Shown: piece after piece, positions 57,680 to 64,000 of the stretch
Layout of the letters: every line of letters begins with the position of its first letter
How positions within the stretch are numbered: position 1 is the first letter of the stretch
DNA from: Candidatus Zixiibacteriota bacterium
GTDB taxonomy: Bacteria; Zixibacteria; MSB-5A5; GN15; JAAZOE01
Assembly: GCA_043819555.1 (NCBI GenBank)
Contig: JBDREQ010000003.1
Coordinates: 122,973 to 186,972 of the forward strand
Direction: 5' to 3'
Length of the DNA stretch: 64,000 bases
Program-made: the position numbers and the translations under genes
The notes under the pieces: generated by a model
The model's database searches: none
The model's input: the letters and a program-made list of their open reading frames with translations, nothing else
What the model was told of the DNA's origin: nothing

Positions 57680-58103
57680 TATTGAGAATATCTGTCACTC
57701 GCTATTGAGCACACTGGAACTGTTAACAAGTAATTCTGACGGCCCGAATATAAACAGTTGTAATTCAATCCCTACAATTGAAAAAATCGATTTTGACAGA
57801 TTACGCGATGAGTTGGGATTTGTCGCATTACATTTTAAGAATTATTCGCAGAGTAAGAATGACAATGATTTATCTCGGAAGTGGTTAATTGATCGTATTT
57901 GCGCATTTCGTCGGGCTCGCAGCTTTTTACATAACGAGTTACCTCCGCATGATTTTGATGAGTTGAATAATTACACGATGGCGACTTTGATTAGAGAATA
58001 TGAAGATCAAACATCGCAATTGCGGAGGAATATTGGAGGCAATTCAAACCTGTCTATTTCATGCGCCCGACACGGCGCAGAGTTTACTCAATATAAATCT
58101 TAA
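57666..58103 (+). CDS. Helical protein, possible capsid scaffold
   Basis: Position just before the decoration/capsid genes; helical; ends in QYKS. Confidence 0.5.
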   Translation: MPENNIENICHSLLSTLELLTSNSDGPNINSCNSIPTIEKIDFDRLRDELGFVALHFKNYSQSKNDNDLSRKWLIDRICAFRRARSFLHNELPPHDFDELNNYTMATLIREYEDQTSQLRRNIGGNSNLSISCARHGAEFTQYKS

Positions 58104-58175
58104 AGTTGGATGAGGGAGGTTTCCCTGGCCGGCGTTTTATGAAACAGGCCAATCTAAGTAACGAAAGGAGAAATT

Positions 58176-58598
58176 GTGACTATACGCGCTCAAAATTTGG
58201 AAGCGATTAATCCGGTATACGCGACTTTTAATATCCATCAAACCAGCAGTGTTGATGATTTGAAGGATACCAATATCGGAGAGCCGGTAAGTCTTACCGG
58301 GAATTATGAAGTGGGCCGGACATCGGCCGGTTCGATTTTATTGGGAAAGTTGGTAGCTCTGACACTTACCGACAATGATGACGGTGATCGGTTGGCGACC
58401 GTGCAAATTGGCGGTATCTGCACTTTAGCTGTATCCGCTACGGTACCGAGTATAGGCGATCGAGTGGTTGGCGGGACGGCCGGAACGGTCAAGCAGGCGC
58501 CGGTTCTGGCGGCCGATGATCCGGCAGGCGGCAATATCGACCGCGGTACGGTTATCGCAGTCAGCGGTACTTCAACCTGTACCTTAATTCTCAATTAG
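58176..58598 (+). CDS. Putative capsid decoration/cement protein
   Basis: 140 aa, Gly/Thr/Val-rich beta protein (GEPVSL, ATVQIGG, IGDRVVG) directly upstream of the MCP; AAGGAG RBS. Confidence 0.7.
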   Translation: MTIRAQNLEAINPVYATFNIHQTSSVDDLKDTNIGEPVSLTGNYEVGRTSAGSILLGKLVALTLTDNDDGDRLATVQIGGICTLAVSATVPSIGDRVVGGTAGTVKQAPVLAADDPAGGNIDRGTVIAVSGTSTCTLILN

Positions 58599-58604
58599 GA
58601 GGAA

Positions 58605-59714
58605 ATGAAAATGAATTTGGATAGATTTTTCGCGGGTCAGTCTGGTACCGGTTTTTTGGAGATGGCTGAAGCCGAGCCGGAAATTACCGGTCCAATTGAT
58701 CTTTCGCGCGCATCTGAAATTGAAGTATCCCGTGATGCGTATCTTGAAGCGCAATCACGCGGCATGACTTTGAGTGATTTACTGGAAACAGAAGATTATG
58801 ATCCTTCACCGTACGGCTATCCTCTGGATGCATTTGAACGGCAGTTGGCGTTAAGTGGTATCAAAATCAATGGCAAAAACAGCAGTACCGTGGAGTTATT
58901 TTATAAGAACGCACCGGCGCTGCTTCCGGAGTTTATTCTTCGTGAAGTTCGCAAAGGGCAGATGATGCGTCCTGAACTGGATCGATTAATTTCCGGAAGT
59001 ACGGTCATCAATAGTAACCGCTATACGCCGTTTTATATCGATACATCGGATACGACGAAGTTTTCGTTGCGTCCGGTGGGAGAGGGAGCCGAGATTCCTA
59101 CACTGGCCGTTAATGAGCAGAAGCATTCTATAAATGTCATGGATTATGGTCTGGCTCTTAAGACTTCTTACAAAACCCTTCGACATCGCAGTACATCCCA
59201 GTTCAAAGTGTTGCTATGGTACATTGGATTCAGGCTGCAGACCGATAAGATTGCGTTGATCGTCGATACAATTATCAACGGCGATGGGAATGACAATGCG
59301 GCCAGTTCCATCAATTCTGCCTCATCCGGAATCCTGGCCTACGCAGACCTGGTTAAACTGTGGGCGGAATTTGCGCCGTTTGAAATGAATCATATCATCT
59401 GTCACATTGATACTCTTAAGACTATTCTGGCCCTTGATGAATTTAAGGATCCGCTGGCCGGGTATCGTTTCCGTCGTACGGGAGAGTTGTTTACTCCATT
59501 AGGAGCAACATTGGTGCGCAGTGATGATGTCGCGACCGACAAGGTTCTCGGTCTTGATTCCCGCTTCGCGGTTGAGGAAGTAATCAGTCAGCCATTGATG
59601 GTTGAATTTGACAAAATCATCGACCAGAAGTTTGAAGAGGCGGTTATTTCTGAATCGGTATCGTATGCCAAAGTTGTCAACGAAGCATCATCGGTACTTG
59701 ACTATAATTTCTAA
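58605..59714 (+). CDS. Major capsid protein (HK97 fold)
   Basis: LDAFERQL...GIK, LLPEFI.R.V, PVGEGAEIP, YG..L..SY, INGDGN, DKIIDQKFE; AGGAGG RBS. Confidence 0.85.
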   Translation: MKMNLDRFFAGQSGTGFLEMAEAEPEITGPIDLSRASEIEVSRDAYLEAQSRGMTLSDLLETEDYDPSPYGYPLDAFERQLALSGIKINGKNSSTVELFYKNAPALLPEFILREVRKGQMMRPELDRLISGSTVINSNRYTPFYIDTSDTTKFSLRPVGEGAEIPTLAVNEQKHSINVMDYGLALKTSYKTLRHRSTSQFKVLLWYIGFRLQTDKIALIVDTIINGDGNDNAASSINSASSGILAYADLVKLWAEFAPFEMNHIICHIDTLKTILALDEFKDPLAGYRFRRTGELFTPLGATLVRSDDVATDKVLGLDSRFAVEEVISQPLMVEFDKIIDQKFEEAVISESVSYAKVVNEASSVLDYNF

Positions 59715-59725
59715 ACCTAACCAAT

Positions 59726-59751
59726 TGGCCCGGTCTGTTCAGGCCGGGCTA
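59726..59751 (+). terminator. Stem-loop after the MCP (attenuator or mRNA stabiliser)
   Basis: tggcccggtct-gttc-aggccgggcta, without a strong T tract. Confidence 0.55.
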
Positions 59752-59765
59752 TAATTGAGGAGCCA

Positions 59766-61178
59766 ATGGACAAGTTTATTGCCAATAGCAGCGCCACAAA
59801 TCCGCTCGGAATTCCAACCGGGAGGAAGTGCTTCCGCGTTACCGGCGGTCAGTACGCCAATCGTCTTACCATATTATATGCCGCTTCATCATCAAATATA
59901 GTATTAGTTTCCGCGGATCCCCCCTATACAAGCTTTTCGTCTCCGACAACGATTGTAACCGATTCGGCAGATTTGCCTTTTGACGCCGTAATGGATTTAG
60001 ATGGAAACATCTATTTCGCATACACAATTGGAACAAGTAATAATCTTGGATTTGTTAAGCTTACGTTTAGTAGCGGAATTTGGTCAGTGGGATCGCCTGT
60101 TACGGTATATAATGGGGATGATAATTATTACCCATCAATATTGAAAATGACTTCTGATGAGATTGGCATTGCTTTTACAAGGGATTCAAGTGGCACGAAA
60201 TATATAAATTACAAAAAATCAATGGATGATGGCGAAAGCTGGGGAACTGTCTCTGATCCGGGCGATACCTTAACTTCCGGGACAGCTTCGGCTTTTGGGC
60301 AGCCACTTGAATCTCAGGGGTACATTTACACTTTTTTTACCTATGGGGGAACAGGCTTTAGTTATCGCCGGAGGTTAGTAAGCGGATCAACCTGGGAGAG
60401 TGCTGTATCGCTGGCAACCGGTTCAGGATTTGGCGAGAATTTCGATACCGCTGTAAATCCTGACGGACGTATCGGGGCTGCATACGCCACATCCAGCGGA
60501 TTAATGTTTCGTGAGTATTCCGGATCGGTCTGGTCGGGAGAGATATCGCTTGAATCCAATACGGTATTGAATCCGTCAGTGACATATCAAGGGGGAATAC
60601 CTTTTGTCACATATTCCCGTGCGGTTGGAAGCAATATGGATATTGTTTATTATACCAAAAAAGAGGAAAATTCTTTTTCCAGTCCCACCATTCTTGATTC
60701 ACGAAAATCTTATTTCCAAAGTTTGCTGTTATACGATGAATCGGCCGGCTCTATCGAGGATTTGACCTCGGCGGGATCGTCAACCGATAGCGCCGATATT
60801 CTTCATTCAGGTACCGGGGCATTGATTGTTGATACGGGTGATTCGGTATTTTTTGGGATGGACAGACCATTTCATGCCTTGAATTTAATATTGTCGACTG
60901 CCGGAGAAGGAGGAGAAGTAAACTGGCGGTATTTTACCGGTCAAACCTGGCAATCATTTACACCTTCATCCGGTTCATGGCATTTCACGACAACAAATCA
61001 CGATGTATTATTATGGACAGATTATATGTCTATCCCGGATGATTGGCAGAAAAAAACAATTAACGGCGCGGCTATGTATTGGGTGGCGGCGACAGTAACA
61101 TCAACATATACAACCGCGCCAATTGGCAGTCAAATAACAGCGGCATCTGATTTGGGTGCGGTTTCGGTAAAGGATTAA
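59766..61178 (+). CDS. Ser/Thr-rich BNR beta-propeller protein, candidate virion spike
   Basis: Asp-box SMDDGESW, repeated W strands, C-terminal VNWRYF.G..W...WQKKTING..MYWV domain; no signal peptide. Confidence 0.55.
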   Translation: MDKFIANSSATNPLGIPTGRKCFRVTGGQYANRLTILYAASSSNIVLVSADPPYTSFSSPTTIVTDSADLPFDAVMDLDGNIYFAYTIGTSNNLGFVKLTFSSGIWSVGSPVTVYNGDDNYYPSILKMTSDEIGIAFTRDSSGTKYINYKKSMDDGESWGTVSDPGDTLTSGTASAFGQPLESQGYIYTFFTYGGTGFSYRRRLVSGSTWESAVSLATGSGFGENFDTAVNPDGRIGAAYATSSGLMFREYSGSVWSGEISLESNTVLNPSVTYQGGIPFVTYSRAVGSNMDIVYYTKKEENSFSSPTILDSRKSYFQSLLLYDESAGSIEDLTSAGSSTDSADILHSGTGALIVDTGDSVFFGMDRPFHALNLILSTAGEGGEVNWRYFTGQTWQSFTPSSGSWHFTTTNHDVLLWTDYMSIPDDWQKKTINGAAMYWVAATVTSTYTTAPIGSQITAASDLGAVSVKD

Positions 61179-61179
61179 T

Positions 61180-61992
61180 ATGAGTCTTACCAGTGTCAGC
61201 ACAGTGCGCAAGCACTTATATCGATTAAACCTGGGCCAAAGCGAGATCAGGAATTTTGCATTCAGGCTGATTTCGGATAGTTATGTTAGTTTGCCTCATT
61301 CCCATATTGTCACATTATCGGAAACTATCAAAGCGATTGAGAGCAATGTTCCCTATCAGGAGAATATTATCCTGAATGATGATCCGGTATTTTTGTCAAA
61401 TCAAATGGTGGCAGCCGGAACAGTTGTGTGTGCCCGGGATAGTTCGCTCACAGCTGTGTATCGGGAGAATGTTGATTTTTCGATCGATTATGTCACCGGT
61501 ACGATAAAGCGAATTGAAAACGGTTCAATTTCGTCGGGCAATACGGTATCGGTATGGTACTTGTTCTATCATGCCTATCAAAAAAATATTGACTATACAA
61601 TCGATTATGAACGTGGCCGTATTAACAGGCTGGTTTCGGGCAATATTGAGGACGGCCAGGAACTACTCATTGATTATCAGCTGGGGGTAAGTGAGTTTTC
61701 AGATGAGGAAGTAAATCAATGTATTGTGGAGGCCGAAGCCGAAATTCAACTATTGATTGATGTCTCATATTCAGAATCGATAGATCCGGTGCTCCAGACG
61801 ACCGCGACTTATTTATCATTATCATTACTGTGCCGCAATTCAGTCGGCATTGCCCAGGCGGGAGCCTCAAGCAGTACAAAAGATGCCAAATTGTGGCTGG
61901 AACTTTCGGCGTCATACCGGGAAACGGCTATGCGATTGCTGAATTGGTTTCGTCCCGAGAGCCCTCTTATGAACTCACCAAAACTGACTTAA
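61180..61992 (+). CDS. Head-closure/adaptor-like protein with two inserted Ig-like repeats
   Basis: MSLTSV..VR.HL, FSDEEV..CI.EAEAEI, P.LQ..A..L; internal D(F/Y).IDY..G.I.R repeats. Confidence 0.6.
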   Translation: MSLTSVSTVRKHLYRLNLGQSEIRNFAFRLISDSYVSLPHSHIVTLSETIKAIESNVPYQENIILNDDPVFLSNQMVAAGTVVCARDSSLTAVYRENVDFSIDYVTGTIKRIENGSISSGNTVSVWYLFYHAYQKNIDYTIDYERGRINRLVSGNIEDGQELLIDYQLGVSEFSDEEVNQCIVEAEAEIQLLIDVSYSESIDPVLQTTATYLSLSLLCRNSVGIAQAGASSSTKDAKLWLELSASYRETAMRLLNWFRPESPLMNSPKLT

Positions 61993-62003
61993 GGAGAATG
62001 ACA

Positions 62004-62378
62004 ATGAGCATGATGCTTGCATATTTAAGAAGCCGCCGGGCGTGGTTGGTAGAAAATTTATCCGTATGGGGAGTTGATAATGATGCCGAATTTTTTGTAG
62101 CGGCCCAGGAAATTGTCGGTTCCGATAAACGGATCGGATTTTGGAATATATCATTGGGCGGGCAGCAACAGGAAATCGCATTCTCGAGTATAATCGATAA
62201 TCGAGGCAATGCACTTCCGGCTGTTATTCAAAAACCAGCCATTGTTGTAATTCCACGATCACCACAGGGAGCATTTATAAAAAATGTATCGGGAAATTCC
62301 GGATTCGCAATCGTGCGAAACGATGAAGATTCGGCCTCAGCCCTGGTGGATTTATTGATCTTTGAAACAGGGGCATAA
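62004..62378 (+). CDS. Hypothetical protein of the capsid cluster
   Basis: AAGGAG RBS 7 nt before ATG 62004; the track start at 61830 overlaps the previous gene. Confidence 0.6.
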   Translation: MSMMLAYLRSRRAWLVENLSVWGVDNDAEFFVAAQEIVGSDKRIGFWNISLGGQQQEIAFSSIIDNRGNALPAVIQKPAIVVIPRSPQGAFIKNVSGNSGFAIVRNDEDSASALVDLLIFETGA

Positions 62379-62386
62379 ATTGAAAA

Positions 62387-62611
62387 ATGGGCCGGAAAAA
62401 AAAGAGGAGATTCTCCTCAGATAAGGAATTATTGGATTTTTTGAAGAACACAATTGTCGATCAAATTGATGAAGGAAAAATAAGTCTGAAAGTGGGTGAT
62501 CTTTTGAGAATATTAGAAATTCAGAAAAAGCTCTCTTCGGATAATGATTCCGAGGCTAAATTCTGGGAAATTATCGAGAAAATACGGCAGGAGGAACTGG
62601 GAAGTGAATAG
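62387..62611 (+). CDS. 74-aa helical protein, candidate small terminase without HTH
   Basis: Basic N-terminus, helix-ISLKVGDLLRILEI-helix pattern. Confidence 0.45.
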   Translation: MGRKKKRRFSSDKELLDFLKNTIVDQIDEGKISLKVGDLLRILEIQKKLSSDNDSEAKFWEIIEKIRQEELGSE

Positions 62612-62653
62612 ACTTTCACGATATTTCATGCGGATAAATGGGGGAGAATCCTG

Positions 62654-64000
62654 ATGCGGTTTATCATCTTTATGTTTGTGCTGTCGTCAGTGTGTCTGGG
62701 CCGAACACCTGTTGGATATAATCAATGGCAGTTGGATAATGGTGAATACCAATCTCAATTTGGCGGGATATTTTACAATTATCAAAAACCGGATTCGACC
62801 TTTGCCCCAATTGAAAATAACTGGATAAACGAAGGTGACACTCTATTTACCAACTATCGGTCAATATTGAAAACGGCGGTCACGGCTAAAGGGCAATCAA
62901 TTGTCACGCTCGATTACAAAGGCAATACTTATACGGTTACACAGACTCCGAAACGGTTAGTTTGGCTCAAGACTGACAACTGGAGCTGGGTTGATATATT
63001 TCCGTCAACATCATGGCCGACGCCAACAATGAATGATAGCGTTTTGCAATGGAATAATATCTTTCCCAGAGTAAATTATCGAATTACTAAACGCAACGGG
63101 GCGGTTCCTCATGCGGTTATGTTTAAACCCGCCTTTCTCGATTCGGCGGTGACACTTTATAATCAACGGTCTGATTCTCAGACAATCGCATTAGGCAATG
63201 TCATGGAATACTCGTTGACTGGAGTTGATGATGCCGATATTGCAATCGGGAATGTACCGAAGCGGATACTGAAAAAGCTCAAGGATTTTGCGTTTGAAAT
63301 CTCAGCTCAGAAATTATTCCACGATACAGTCGAAGCGGATATTCCGGTATTGCAGAGGTGGGTAAAGCTTCAGGGGAAAATATACTGTATTGAGTATGTG
63401 ATGATGTCAGATGTGAAGAGGTTTCACGAAGATTATCCGACGGAAGTAATCTGGCACAATAAGGAAACAACTGTCAAGCCGACAACTAATGACTGTTATA
63501 TTTATCAATATGGGGTTGATGATAATTACAGTACAATGACTGAAGTTCATTGTTGGGGTCATGCAGCTGTGAAAAAGTTGGGCATGTTTTATTGGGATAT
63601 ATCAAGCATAGATGCAAGCGACCAACTTGATAGTGTAGAGATATGTTTTTTCCGGGAATCCCCCAACGTAGAGGAGCAATTATATTTTGCACGCATGACT
63701 ACAGAGTGGCATATAGATGATGATGCTACCTGGAACGAAGCGGACAACGGCAATAATACTGATTGGGTGACAGAAACGGGTGGTGATTATGATAGTTGCG
63801 ATAACGCCTTTTATGTCTGGTGCGATTCTCTAACTGATAAAGGCTAAAATGATCCCGCTCAATATAATGATAGTGTGTTTTCAAAGAGTACGACTGCAGA
63901 TGGTTTATATAATATAGTTCAGGGATGGATAGATGGAACCTATCCTAATTATGGTTTGGGCGTTCAAACCAGTTATACGCCAAATAATTATTATATAACA
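62654..64000 (+). pseudogene. Secreted DNRLRE-domain protein interrupted by an in-frame TAA at 63845-63847
   Basis: Signal peptide; DCYI...DNY, FYWDISSI, ATWN, GGD; the same frame continues after the stop with IVQGWIDGTYPNYGL. Confidence 0.6.

Noticed and set aside
58605..59714. Encapsulin nanocompartment
   Set aside because: Intact portal and terminase imply DNA packaging; no cargo enzyme is adjacent.
59766..61178. Contractile injection system (C-terminal domain recalls baseplate-associated domains)
   Set aside because: No sheath, tube, spike or baseplate wedge genes are visible.
51733..62611. Decayed cryptic prophage
   Set aside because: No frameshifts or truncations in the structural genes and no integrase/att at the left edge. 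An active prophage extending rightwards is not excluded.
62654..64000. Diversity-generating retroelement target or recoded stop codon
   Set aside because: No reverse transcriptase or template repeat in the window; TAA ends many normal genes here.
1..64000. tRNA or rRNA genes
   Set aside because: No cloverleaf/T-loop or rRNA-like segment recognised in the intergenic regions; tRNAscan was not run.

Overview
Bacterial chromosomal window. Its dockerin-tailed secreted peptidases and a cohesin-like protein suggest an FCB-group organism, possibly Zixibacteria (inference, not a database result). Positions 1-51.5 kb are mostly housekeeping genes: tsaA, menG/ubiE, rsmB, a radical SAM fusion, nfeD/SPFH, a CDF transporter, rlmD, a folB-folK-dNK-panB-panC operon, sodA and Rrf2-cysK. 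This part also holds a small AT-rich island flanked by REP-like palindromes (17.3-19.35 kb), a TPR-GAF-sigma54 activator preceded by a small secreted protein, two tandem M28 peptidases, a candidate sigma54-driven structured small RNA (46.0-46.15 kb), and several full-length ORFs that have lost catalytic residues (HTH-aconitase fusion, aminotransferase without the PLP lysine, SbcC/YhaN-like ATPase). The standout is 51.7-62.6 kb, a compact and apparently intact HK97-type head module: portal, large terminase, prohead protease fused to a degenerate ligase-like domain, decoration protein, major capsid protein, spike-like protein, adaptor and a candidate HTH-less small terminase. No integrase, replication, repressor, endolysin or tail genes are recognisable in the window, and host-like genes are interleaved on the opposite strand. 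It looks like a domesticated, gene-transfer-agent-like DNA-packaging system, but the window ends about 1.4 kb later, so tail genes could lie beyond. All calls come from motif recognition by eye; no searches were run.
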